NCBI GenBank assembly: GCA_965246885.1
Contig: OZ251992.1
Location: forward strand, 544,001 to 608,000
From: Abditibacterium sp.
Lineage (GTDB): Bacteria > Armatimonadota > Abditibacteriia > Abditibacteriales > Abditibacteriaceae
Direction of reading: 5' to 3'
Length of the DNA: 64,000 nucleotides
Made by a program: the position numbers and the translations under genes. Within the stretch, counting starts at the first letter, position 1, and every line of letters begins with the position of its first letter. The notes below the pieces were generated by a model. The model saw only the letters and a list, made by a program, of their open reading frames with translations, searched no databases and was not told where the DNA came from. Of the stretch, positions 19,389 to 28,384 are shown in pieces.

Positions 19389-19546
19389 TTTCTAACCGCA
19401 GATGCAGGCGGATTGACGCCGATGTTTTTTTGGATTTGGGGTGAGTCGTGAGCGATTGGATTGGTTTTATCCACCGGCGTGGCGACCCCTCCCCTCCCCA
19501 TCTTTTCTTTTATCTGCGTTAATCCGCGTGCATCTGCGGTTAGAAA
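19389..19546. repeat. 35-bp imperfect inverted repeat element (MITE-like)
   Basis: TTTCTAACCGCAGATGCAGGCGGATTGACGCCGAT ... ATCTGCGTTAATCCGCGTGCATCTGCGGTTAGAAA. Confidence 0.8.
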
Positions 19547-19652
19547 ACCTCCGTGACTCTCCGCGCGTTCTCCGTGCCCTCTGTGGCTAAACTTCTCCTA
19601 TATGAGTCAGCCCGCCTTGCGCCCAAGGGTGCGAGCGGGCTTTTTGCCGTTT

Positions 19653-22600
19653 ATGCATTTGCTTGACCTCCTCGATTCGTACGCGCCGTTTCAGAAGTTA
19701 GTCTTTAAAGCGCAGGCCAAGGCGCTGGCCGCGCCGGTTCGCATCGAGAACGCGCCGCCGACTTCGTGGGCGCCACTCGCGGCGCTGTTGGCGCGGCGCA
19801 CGGAAAAAACCGTCGTGCTAGTGTGCCCGACATCCGAAGCGGGCGAGAACGCCCTACTCGATCTGACGACGCTTAGGGGCGAGGACGACGCGCCGCTTTA
19901 TTTTCCCGCTCCCGACCGGGCGTTGCTCGACGAGGACGACGACCGCAACGCGACGCAGGAACGGTTGGCGGTGCTGGATGCGCTCCATCGGCAAAGCGGG
20001 GTGATAGTCGTAACGACGGCGACAGCGCTCGCGCACCCGACGCTACCGCTCAAAGAACTGGTGCAGGGTTACGACGAACTCAAGACGGGGCAGAAGTTGG
20101 GGCGCGACGACTTTATCTTGCACCTCGCGGAAGCGGGGTATGAGCGCGTCGAGGAAGTCGAAGCGCCGGGGCAGTTCGCGCTACGCGGGGGCATCGTGGA
20201 CTTCTACCCGCCTGCCGGGGGCGTGCCGATTCGCTTGGAACTGTGGGGCGATGAGATAGATTCTCTCCGAAGTTTCGACCTCGAATCGCAGCGTTCGACG
20301 GGCAAGCTGCCCTCGATTCGCCTCACGCCGCCGCGCGAACTGTTCCTGTCGGTAGCCAAGGGCCGCGAGATAGCGGCGCAACTCAAGACCGCGCTCGCGG
20401 AGCAGCTACCGCGCCTGAGCGCCTTTCCCGACGACGCGCGGCAACTGAAGGAGCGGACGGAGATAGAGATTGGACGCTTGGAGCACGGCACGTATTTTCG
20501 GGGCGTGGAGCGCTACCGGGGTTTATTGTATCCGCAGCACCCGACGCTGTTCGACCATCTGCCGCCGGATGCGCTCGTCGTGTTCGCCGACCCCGACCGG
20601 GGGGCGTCGCAAACGGCGCGGCTGTTGGAGGAAAACGCGGCTTTCCACGCGGATGACGTGCTGCCGCTTCCGCCGTCGCTGTGCGATTGGAACGAACTAC
20701 GGACGCGGGCGGGGAAGTGGACGCGCTTGGAGTTGCGGGCGAGTGCCGACGAGGATGCGGACTTCGACTTGGACGCGCACGCGCCGCCCGCTTTCGCCGG
20801 AAACCTTCCGCAACTGGGCAACTACCTGCGCGAAGCGCAGTTTAAGGGGGACGTGCTGGTGTGCGCAACCTCCCATGCGCGCCGCGTGCGGGAGATACTG
20901 GCGGATCAAAAGATAGGCAAAGTGGCGCTGATAGACGAGCTTCCCAAAGCGGAAGGCGGGCAAGTGTTGGTGCTGCCGCACCGCTTGACGGGCGGCTTTC
21001 GCTGGGGCGGGGTGGCGGTTCTGTGCGATGTGGAAATGTTCGGGTGGCAGACGTTCCAGCCGCGCGTCTCGACCCGCAACCGCAAGAAGAAGGGCGCGGG
21101 CACCAAGTTCTCGGCGGAGTCCTCGCCGCTCGCCCGCTTTGGAGACCTAATTGTGGGGGACTACGTGGTGCATATCAATCACGGCATCGCCCGTTATGGG
21201 GGCGTCGTCCAGCGCGAACTGGGCGGCGCGGTGAATGAGTATCTCGCTCTCGAATACGAAGGGCAAGACCGCTTGTATGTGCCGGTCGCGCAGTTGGATC
21301 GCATCCAGAAATACCTCGGTTCCGACGCCGCCGTGCCCGCGCTGACGCCGCTCAAGGGCGGGGTGTGGGAACGCGCTAAAGCGAAGGCCAAGGAAGAAGC
21401 AGTGAAGGCGGCGCAGGACTTGGCGGTGCTGTACGCCGCCCGCGAGAAAGCGCACAAGAAGCCGTTCGCGCCGGACTCGATGTGGCAGAGGGAAATGGAA
21501 TCGTCCTTCCCCTTCGAGGAGACGCCTTCGCAGTTGCAAGCTATCAAGGACGCCAAGGCCGACATGGAACAGCCGCGCCCGATGGACAGGCTGGTGTGCG
21601 GCGACGTGGGCTTTGGCAAGACCGAAGTGGCGGTGCGGGCGGCGTTCAAGGCCGTGCAGGACGGGCGCCAAGTCGCGGTGCTGGTGCCCACCACAGTTTT
21701 GGCGCAGCAGCACTTCCAGACGTTTTCGGAGCGGATGGGCGCTTATCCGGTGCGCTTGGAAGTGGTGTCGCGCTTCAAAACGGCGACGGAAATCAAGCGC
21801 GTGTTGGAATCGCTCGAAAGCGGCGCGGTGGATATTGTCGTCGGCACGCACCGCCTCATTCAACCGGACGTGCGCTTCCACGACTTGGGGCTGGTCGTTG
21901 TGGACGAGGAGCAACGCTTTGGCGTGTTGCAAAAGGAGCGCCTCAAAGAACTGCGCGCCGAAGTGGACATTTTGACGATGAGCGCGACGCCCATCCCGCG
22001 CACGCTTCAACTGGCGCTGGGCGGACTGCGCGAGATTTCTCTTATCACCGACCCGCCGCAGGGCCGCCTTCCGATTAGGACGTATGTCATGGCGATGAAG
22101 GACGGCGTCTTGAAAGCGGCCATCGAGCGCGAATTGGAGCGCGAGGGGCAGGTCTTTCTGGTGCACAACCGCATCGAAACGATTGGGCAGATCGCGGAGA
22201 AGGTGCAAAAGCTCGTTCCCAACGCGCGCATCAGCGTCGGGCATGGGCAGATGGGCGACGAAGAGTTGGAGCAAGTCTTTCTGGACTTCATCAACCATCG
22301 CACCGACGTATTAATTGCCACCACAATTATCGAGAACGGCATTGACTTGCCCAACGCCAACACCATCATTTGCGACGGCGCCGACCGGTTGGGGCTGAGC
22401 CAGATGTACCAGCTACGGGGCCGCGTCGGACGGAGTCAGCGCCAAGCGTACGCTTACTTTTTTCACGGCAGCCGGGGGCGCTTGCCCAAGGACGCCGAAG
22501 ACCGCTTCGCCGCCATTCAGGAGAACACCGACTTGGGCGCGGGGTTCCGTATCGCCATGCGCGACCTCGAAATACGCGGCGCGGGCGACGTGCTGGGCCT

Positions 22601-23195
22601 CAAGCAAAGCGGCACCATCGCGGCAGTGGGCATGGAGTTGTATTCGCAGTTCCTGAGCGAAGCCGTCGCCAAAGGGCGTGGCGAGCGCGTGCGCCATGTC
22701 CGCTTGGAGGAACTCCCCGAAGCCGACTTGCCCTTGCCCGCGCTGCTACCCGACTCCTACATCCAAGACGACGCGGAGCGCTTGCGCTTGTATCGCCAGA
22801 TGACCGGCGCGCGCAGTTTGGACGACGTGACAGCCATTCAAGAGGAACTGCGCGACCGTTTCGGCCCGCTCCCGCCGCCTGCTTTCAACCTGCTGCGCAC
22901 GCTCAAAGTCCGCATTGGGTTGCTCCGCGCGCGCCTGAGGAGCATCACCAAGTCGGGCGACGAAATCCTGCTGCGCTTGCAACCGGGCGATTCCTTCGCG
23001 CCCGCCGACCTCAAAGCCGTCGAGCGCGCCGTCAAGGAAAAAGACGCGCGCTCCGAGCAGCACATCTCGCTGCGCAAGTTGGAGGGATTGGCCATCAAGA
23101 CGCGCACGCTCGGGCCGCCGCAGATGCTGAAACTGGTGGAGGTGTTGGTCGAGGCGCTGGCGGAAGAGCGGGAGAAGCGGTTAAGTCCTGAATAA
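19653..23195 (+). CDS. mfd: Transcription-repair coupling factor
   Basis: UvrB-homology region, GDYVVHINHG, MDRLVCGDVGFGKT, DEEQRFG, QLRGRVGR, TRCF C-terminus; in-frame upstream ATG at 19602 is an alternative start. Confidence 0.97.
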   Translation: MHLLDLLDSYAPFQKLVFKAQAKALAAPVRIENAPPTSWAPLAALLARRTEKTVVLVCPTSEAGENALLDLTTLRGEDDAPLYFPAPDRALLDEDDDRNATQERLAVLDALHRQSGVIVVTTATALAHPTLPLKELVQGYDELKTGQKLGRDDFILHLAEAGYERVEEVEAPGQFALRGGIVDFYPPAGGVPIRLELWGDEIDSLRSFDLESQRSTGKLPSIRLTPPRELFLSVAKGREIAAQLKTALAEQLPRLSAFPDDARQLKERTEIEIGRLEHGTYFRGVERYRGLLYPQHPTLFDHLPPDALVVFADPDRGASQTARLLEENAAFHADDVLPLPPSLCDWNELRTRAGKWTRLELRASADEDADFDLDAHAPPAFAGNLPQLGNYLREAQFKGDVLVCATSHARRVREILADQKIGKVALIDELPKAEGGQVLVLPHRLTGGFRWGGVAVLCDVEMFGWQTFQPRVSTRNRKKKGAGTKFSAESSPLARFGDLIVGDYVVHINHGIARYGGVVQRELGGAVNEYLALEYEGQDRLYVPVAQLDRIQKYLGSDAAVPALTPLKGGVWERAKAKAKEEAVKAAQDLAVLYAAREKAHKKPFAPDSMWQREMESSFPFEETPSQLQAIKDAKADMEQPRPMDRLVCGDVGFGKTEVAVRAAFKAVQDGRQVAVLVPTTVLAQQHFQTFSERMGAYPVRLEVVSRFKTATEIKRVLESLESGAVDIVVGTHRLIQPDVRFHDLGLVVVDEEQRFGVLQKERLKELRAEVDILTMSATPIPRTLQLALGGLREISLITDPPQGRLPIRTYVMAMKDGVLKAAIERELEREGQVFLVHNRIETIGQIAEKVQKLVPNARISVGHGQMGDEELEQVFLDFINHRTDVLIATTIIENGIDLPNANTIICDGADRLGLSQMYQLRGRVGRSQRQAYAYFFHGSRGRLPKDAEDRFAAIQENTDLGAGFRIAMRDLEIRGAGDVLGLKQSGTIAAVGMELYSQFLSEAVAKGRGERVRHVRLEELPEADLPLPALLPDSYIQDDAERLRLYRQMTGARSLDDVTAIQEELRDRFGPLPPPAFNLLRTLKVRIGLLRARLRSITKSGDEILLRLQPGDSFAPADLKAVERAVKEKDARSEQHISLRKLEGLAIKTRTLGPPQMLKLVEVLVEALAEEREKRLSPE

Positions 23196-23197
23196 TT

Positions 23198-23349
23198 CCG
23201 GGAACTCTGAGTTCCCGGCCATGAATGGCCGGGCTACACGTTGGCTTCGCCAACCACTGGCCACCTGCGTGGCCACCCGAACTGCATGTTGCCCGCGAAG
23301 GCGGGCAGTGGCGCTGAAGGCGCGTATAGCCCGGTGCTTTAGCGCCGGG
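23198..23349. repeat. REPIN-like cloverleaf palindrome upstream of Y1 transposase
   Basis: CCCGGCCATGAATGGCCGGGCTAC ... inner hairpins ... TAGCCCGGTGCTTTAGCGCCGGG. Confidence 0.75.
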
Positions 23350-23371
23350 CACTTGTGATTGACTACGAGCG

Positions 23372-23800
23372 ATGCCCTACATCTCACTCGTCAATCATTT
23401 CGTCTGGGCGACGTGGGATCGGCTCGACCTAATACAGCCTTCATGGGAAGGCGCTTTGTTCGCGCAAATCCGGCGCGATTGCGCTCGATTAGAGGCGACT
23501 GTCTTGGCGCTTAATGGAACGGAAAACCACGTCCATCTGCTGGTGGGCCTCAAGGCGACGGCGGCGCCCGCGCTCTTTGTTGGCGAAATTAAGGGCAGTT
23601 CCTCGTTCGTAGTCAACGAGAAACGGTGGTTCGACGGTTACTTCAAGTGGCAGGGCGAATACGCGGCCCACTCTGTCTCTCGTTGGGACACCAACCGAAT
23701 CCAAAGTTACATAGACCGACAAAAGGAACACCACACGGCGGGCACGGCCATCGCGCGGCTCGAACTGCCGCCCCTCCAGTTAATGAGAGGCAACGCGTGA
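23372..23800 (+). mobile_element. tnpA: IS200/IS605-family Y1 (HUH) transposase, possibly REP-associated; no tnpB
   Basis: HFVWAT, ENHVHLL (HUH), KGSSS, WQGEY, YIDRQKEHH (catalytic YxxxQ). Confidence 0.88.
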
Positions 23801-23826
23801 TAAAATAGCCCTTACCGCAATTCATC

Positions 23827-25344
23827 ATGGCACTTCTTCTGGGCATAGACATCGGCACGAGTGGCACAAAGGCCATCGCCGTAGACGAGACGGGAAAACT
23901 GGTCGCTTCGGCGAGCGCGGAATATGAACTGTTGACCCCTCACCCATTGTGGGCCGAGCAACGCCCGCGCGACTGGTGGGACGCGACGTGCAAAGTCTGC
24001 CGCGCCATTGTCGCGCAGGTCGGCGCCGACAACATCGCGTCCGTTGGCCTGTCCGGGCAGATGCACGGGCTCGTCATGCTCGACAAAGATGGGCAGGTGC
24101 TGCGCGACGCCATCCTGTGGTGCGACGGGCGCACGCAAGCGCAGTGCGACCAAATCACCTCGCTCGTCGGGCGCGAAACGCTCGTCGCCGAAACCGCCAA
24201 CCCCGTGTTGACGGGCTTCACCGCGCCCAAGATTCTGTGGGTTCGCCAGCATGAGCCGCGCATCGGCGAGGCCGCGCGGATGCACCTGTTGCCCAAAGAT
24301 TACATCCGCTTCGAGCTAACGGGCGAATACGCGACCGAGGTGTCGGACGCTTCGGGGACTTCATTGCTCAACGTGCCGGAGCGCCGATGGAGCGAGAAGG
24401 TTTGCGCGGCGCTCGACATTGCACTCGACACCCTGCCGCGCGTGTATGAATCGTTCGAGGTGTCGGGCCGCATCTCATCGAAGGGCGCCCTCGCAACCGG
24501 GCTGAAAGAGGGCACGCCCGTCGTGGGCGGCGGCGGCGACCAAGCGGCGGGCGCGGTCGGCAACGGCATCGTGCGAAGCGGAATTATTTCCGTCGCGTCC
24601 GGCACGTCGGGCGTAGTGTTCGCCTTCGCCGATTCGCCCGCCGTTGACCCGCAATTGCGGATGCACACGTTCTGTCACGCCGTCCCCGGCAAGTGGCACA
24701 TCATGGGCGTGATGCTGAGCGCGGGCGGGAGTTTGCGCTGGTTCCGCGATACCCTCGCCAACCCCGAAAAAGCGGTCGCGGCGCAGATGGGCGTTGACCC
24801 CTACGAACTCATCACGCGCGAGGCCGCGCAAATCCCGGCTGGCGCCGAAGGGCTGCTCTTCTTGCCCTATCTCACGGGCGAAAGGACGCCGCACCCCGAC
24901 CCGCTCGCGCGCGGCGCGTTCGTGGGATTGACGGTGCGGCACACCAAAGCGCACATGGCGCGCGCCGTGTTGGAGGGCGTGTCGTTTGGCTTGCGCGACA
25001 GTTTGGAGATCATGAAGTCCATGCACATCTCGATTGGCAACGCGCGCGCGAGCGGCGGCGGCGCCAAATCGGATGTGTGGCGCCAAATCCAAGCCGACGT
25101 GTTCGGGCTGCCGCTTTCGACCATCGCCATAGACGAAGGCCCCGCCTTGGGCGCCGCGCTTCTGGCGGGCGTGGGCGCGGGCCTCTATTCGAGCGTCGAG
25201 GAAGCGTGCGACGCCGTCGTAAAAACTGGCGGCGCGACCCGCGTGAACGAAGCCAACGCCGCACTCTACGACCGTTTATACCCGCACTACGCCGCGCTGT
25301 ATCCCGCGCTCAAAGATTCCTTCGCGCGCTTAAGCGGGTTTTAG
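23827..25344 (+). CDS. xylB: Xylulokinase
   Basis: GIDIGTSGTK, SGQMHG, LLPKDY, SDASGT, GGGDQAAGA, PYLTGERTP. Confidence 0.92.
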   Translation: MALLLGIDIGTSGTKAIAVDETGKLVASASAEYELLTPHPLWAEQRPRDWWDATCKVCRAIVAQVGADNIASVGLSGQMHGLVMLDKDGQVLRDAILWCDGRTQAQCDQITSLVGRETLVAETANPVLTGFTAPKILWVRQHEPRIGEAARMHLLPKDYIRFELTGEYATEVSDASGTSLLNVPERRWSEKVCAALDIALDTLPRVYESFEVSGRISSKGALATGLKEGTPVVGGGGDQAAGAVGNGIVRSGIISVASGTSGVVFAFADSPAVDPQLRMHTFCHAVPGKWHIMGVMLSAGGSLRWFRDTLANPEKAVAAQMGVDPYELITREAAQIPAGAEGLLFLPYLTGERTPHPDPLARGAFVGLTVRHTKAHMARAVLEGVSFGLRDSLEIMKSMHISIGNARASGGGAKSDVWRQIQADVFGLPLSTIAIDEGPALGAALLAGVGAGLYSSVEEACDAVVKTGGATRVNEANAALYDRLYPHYAALYPALKDSFARLSGF

Positions 25345-25351
25345 GGCCGAT

Positions 25352-25429
25352 GTAGGGACGCTGCTTGCCGCGTCCACAACGCGAAAGCAAGCGCGAAAGC
25401 AAGAAGGACGCGGCAAGCAGCGTCCCTAC
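25352..25429. repeat. GTAG-type REP doublet (REPIN)
   Basis: Perfect 24-bp IR GTAGGGACGCTGCTTGCCGCGTCC / GGACGCGGCAAGCAGCGTCCCTAC. Confidence 0.85.
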
Positions 25430-25442
25430 GGTATTTAATCCT

Positions 25443-25814
25443 ATGTCTTCTTTGCGGACTGATTGGCAAAAGCGATTAGAAGCGGCGCGCCTCGATCCTT
25501 CGTGGCAGGGCCGCGCCGAGGTGCGCTTGCTGTGCTTTGTGCTGGGACGGTCGGGCGCGGATACGGCGCGGGCGCCACTTTCGCCGTTCCCACTCGTCGA
25601 GGGCGACGCGCCTTATGGCCGCGCGCGGCTCCTCCTGTCTTCGCTCCAACAGCGTAGCCGCCTCCACCATATCGCCCACATTTGTCACGCCACCCGACAC
25701 GTCCCTGTTGGCTTGTTGGAGGAGTGGCGCACTATGCAAGATGACGCCCTCAGCGCAAGCGCCCACCGCGCCATCCTGCGCCGCCAACGCGACAACGCGC
25801 GCCGCCACCCGTAA
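25443..25814 (+). CDS. Hypothetical protein
   Basis: ORF fills the gap after the REPIN; no recognisable motif. Confidence 0.4.
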   Translation: MSSLRTDWQKRLEAARLDPSWQGRAEVRLLCFVLGRSGADTARAPLSPFPLVEGDAPYGRARLLLSSLQQRSRLHHIAHICHATRHVPVGLLEEWRTMQDDALSASAHRAILRRQRDNARRHP

Positions 25815-25850
25815 AAGAAAGGCCCCGCAGAGTTTTTGCGTGGCGCAGGC

Positions 25851-26060
25851 CTACTGCTTCTCCAACTCGTCCGGTTTGTGAATGGCTTCCTTGCCGCTCT
25901 TATCGCTTTGGACGCGATACTGCGGGTCGTCTTCCGACGCCTTCACTTTGTGTCCCTTGATTTGCGTGTCGTGGGTGACTTTCTCGACCACCTCGCCCGT
26001 CGAGTGCCCGCCTGAAGAGTCCCACTCCACCCGGTCGCCCTTTTTCAGTTCTTCCGCCAT
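25851..26060 (-). CDS. DUF2945 (Hva1/Tudor-like) small protein
   Basis: KKGDRVEWDS..G...G.V......IKGH.V.AS..DPQY.V.SDKSG..A.HKP..L; GGAGG RBS upstream of ATG 26060. Confidence 0.85.
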   Translation of the reverse strand: MAEELKKGDRVEWDSSGGHSTGEVVEKVTHDTQIKGHKVKASEDDPQYRVQSDKSGKEAIHKPDELEKQ

Positions 26061-26573
26061 TGTGTGCTTTCCTCCGGCGCGGACAGATGCAGTTGGGATG
26101 CCAGACGGCATCCGACACCATGTTTCTGGGTCTTCGCTTGAGGGATGAAGGTCAACGGTGATGTGGCCGAGGCTCACGCACAATTCGGAGCTACGGTATG
26201 AGTCCGTCGCCGAGTTCCTATTCATTCTTTCTGGATGGCCGTTGTTCCAAGCCGCGCTTTCTGTCCCCAGCGTCAGCACATTGTCGGCAGAAACTTCGTA
26301 TCGGCCAGTCTCACTCTCCTCAGCCCAGTAGTCGATGATGTCGGCTACCGATCCGCCCACCTCCAAGCGGCTGAACTTCTCGATGTATCTTCCATCAGCA
26401 AAGAATTCGTAGGTGTGGTTTTTTGTCCGCCGTGAGTCCGATTCCGCGCGCCACTTCCCCACGATGTTTACGCGGGGCCGTCGCAAGTGCGCCAAGACGA
26501 ACGGGACGGCGAGAACGGCGATGGGAAGGCAGAGGACGAAGAACGTCCTCGCGGCGGCGCGGCGTAAATTCAT
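26061..26573 (-). CDS. Membrane-anchored hypothetical domain, in frame with the downstream DUF2945 (no stop between)
   Basis: N-terminal TM, then IVGKW...YEFFADG lipocalin-like pattern. Confidence 0.5.
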
Positions 26574-26600
26574 ACTAACACTATACACACCGCGCGCCCC

Positions 26601-27746
26601 TTAGTCCAACCCAATCGCATCCTTCAAGCGGTCGAAAAACCCGCGCGGGTGTTCTTCGACGTGTTGGTCTTGGGTTTCGGCGAACTCGCGCAGCAGTTCC
26701 TTTTGGCGCTCGGTCAGCTTCTTGGGGACGACGACGCGGGCGACGCAGACTTGGTCGCCGCGATAGCCGCCGCGCGTGGTGAAGCCTTTGCCGCTCAGCT
26801 TGAACGTCGCGCCGTTTTGCGTTCCGGCGGGGATGGTGACTTCCTGCTCCATGCGCTTGTCGCCGTTCATTTCAAGTGTCGGGACGGAAACGCTGTCACC
26901 GAGCGCGGCTTGTACAAAGGAGAGGTTGAGGATGTGCAACACGTCGTTGTCGCGGCGCGCGAATTCCTCGCTCGGTTCGGTGTAGATGAAGCAATACAGG
27001 TCGCCTGCGGGCGAGCCTTGTTGCCCGTCTTCGCCTGCGCCGACGATGCGCACGCGGTCGCCCTCGTCTACGCCCGCCGGAATGGAAACGGTGACGCTCC
27101 GCTCGCCGCGCGTGCGGCCTTCGCCCCGGCACGTCGGGCAGGGGTTGGTGATGATGCGGCCCCGCCCGCCGCAACGCGGGCAGGGCGCTTCTTGGACGAA
27201 CTGCCCGAAAAAGGTCTGCCGCATTTCGCGCACGCGCCCCGACCCGGAGCATTGCACGCACGTTTCGGGCGTCGAACCGGGCGCGCTCCCGCTTCCCGTG
27301 CAGGTCTTGCACGTCAGGAGCGAGGGCACGCGGAGTTCTTTGGTGACGCCCGCCCAGCACTCTTCGAGTGTGAGGGAAACGTCTATGCGCAGGTCAGAGC
27401 CGCGCCGCAAATCCTCGCGCGCCCGACTTTGCGCGCCCGCCGCGCCGCCGAAGAAGACCTCGAACAAGTCGCCGATGCCGCCGCCCATGCCGCCGAAATC
27501 CGGCCCGCCCGCCCCCGGCCCGCCGACGCCTTCCGGCCCAAAGCGGTCGTAGCGCGCACGCTTCTGCGCGTCGGAGAGGACATTGTACGCTTCGCCGATC
27601 TCCTTGAAACGGGCTTCGGCGGCGGCTTTGTTGTCCGGGTTGACATCGGGGTGGTTCTCGCGCGCCAGCTTGCGGTAAGCGCGCCGTATCTCGTCGTCGC
27701 TCGCCGTCTTTTGCACGCCGAGCGTTTCGTAGTAATCCTTGGCCAT
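26601..27746 (-). CDS. dnaJ: Chaperone DnaJ
   Basis: [14 protein letters not shown] region, four CxxCxGxG motifs. Confidence 0.97.
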   Translation of the reverse strand: MAKDYYETLGVQKTASDDEIRRAYRKLARENHPDVNPDNKAAAEARFKEIGEAYNVLSDAQKRARYDRFGPEGVGGPGAGGPDFGGMGGGIGDLFEVFFGGAAGAQSRAREDLRRGSDLRIDVSLTLEECWAGVTKELRVPSLLTCKTCTGSGSAPGSTPETCVQCSGSGRVREMRQTFFGQFVQEAPCPRCGGRGRIITNPCPTCRGEGRTRGERSVTVSIPAGVDEGDRVRIVGAGEDGQQGSPAGDLYCFIYTEPSEEFARRDNDVLHILNLSFVQAALGDSVSVPTLEMNGDKRMEQEVTIPAGTQNGATFKLSGKGFTTRGGYRGDQVCVARVVVPKKLTERQKELLREFAETQDQHVEEHPRGFFDRLKDAIGLD

Positions 27747-27750
27747 GATG

Positions 27751-27847
27751 GGAAGTCGGAAGTCGGAAACCGGAACGCGGAACGCGGAAAAAGAAACAGC
27801 CAAGTTACTGCCCGTCTTTTCCGCGTTCCGGTTTCCGACTTCCGCGT
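27751..27847. repeat. Inverted heptamer-repeat element
   Basis: GGAAGTC x2, GGAAACC, GGAACGC x2 ... GCGTTCC GGTTTCC GACTTCC. Confidence 0.8.
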
Positions 27848-28381
27848 TTACTTGGCGACTTTCACCACGCTTGTGCGCAACACTTGGCCGCCGAAGCGGA
27901 AGCCGCGCCGCGTTTCTTCGACGACGGTGCCGGGAGTCGCGCCGGGAACCGACACTTCTTCGATGGCCTCGTGCAAGGCGGGGTCGAAGGCGGCGCCCTG
28001 CGCGCGGATGGGTTCCAGTCCGGCTTGTTCGAGCGCGGTTTCCATTTGTTGCGCGACGTAATCGAGGCCGGTCTTGATTTGCTCGGCGCTTTGGGCGCTT
28101 CCGGCATATTTTTGGGCGAGCAGGAAGTTGTCTAAGGCGGGCAGGATGTCTTCGAGCACGCCGCGCTTGGCGCGCGAGGTCGCTTCTTCGATGCGGCGGC
28201 TGGTTTGGCGCTTGTAGTTCTCGAACTCCGCCGCCAGATACGCCATTTGCGAGTGCGCTTGCGCCAATTCGTTCGCGCCCTCGTCGTCCATATCGGGCGC
28301 GGCGTTATCGGGAACGGCGCCGTGAGCGTGCGCATCGGCGTCGAGTGCGTCTTGAGTTAAGTGGTCTTCTGCAGAATGCAT
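27848..28381 (-). CDS. grpE: Nucleotide exchange factor GrpE
   Basis: [33 protein letters not shown]...VKV. Confidence 0.94.
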   Translation of the reverse strand: MHSAEDHLTQDALDADAHAHGAVPDNAAPDMDDEGANELAQAHSQMAYLAAEFENYKRQTSRRIEEATSRAKRGVLEDILPALDNFLLAQKYAGSAQSAEQIKTGLDYVAQQMETALEQAGLEPIRAQGAAFDPALHEAIEEVSVPGATPGTVVEETRRGFRFGGQVLRTSVVKVAK

Positions 28382-28384
28382 GAT

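Noticed and set aside
19467..19475. DnaA box TTATCCACC
   Set aside because: Single isolated near-match inside a MITE-like filler; not enough to call
23372..23826. Complete IS605 element with TnpB/omegaRNA
   Set aside because: No tnpB ORF and no space for a right end before xylB
27747..27803. Extended N-terminus of DnaJ (similarly Dxs 9557-9643 and PAP2 31172-31243)
   Set aside because: These extensions are translations of intergenic repeat elements
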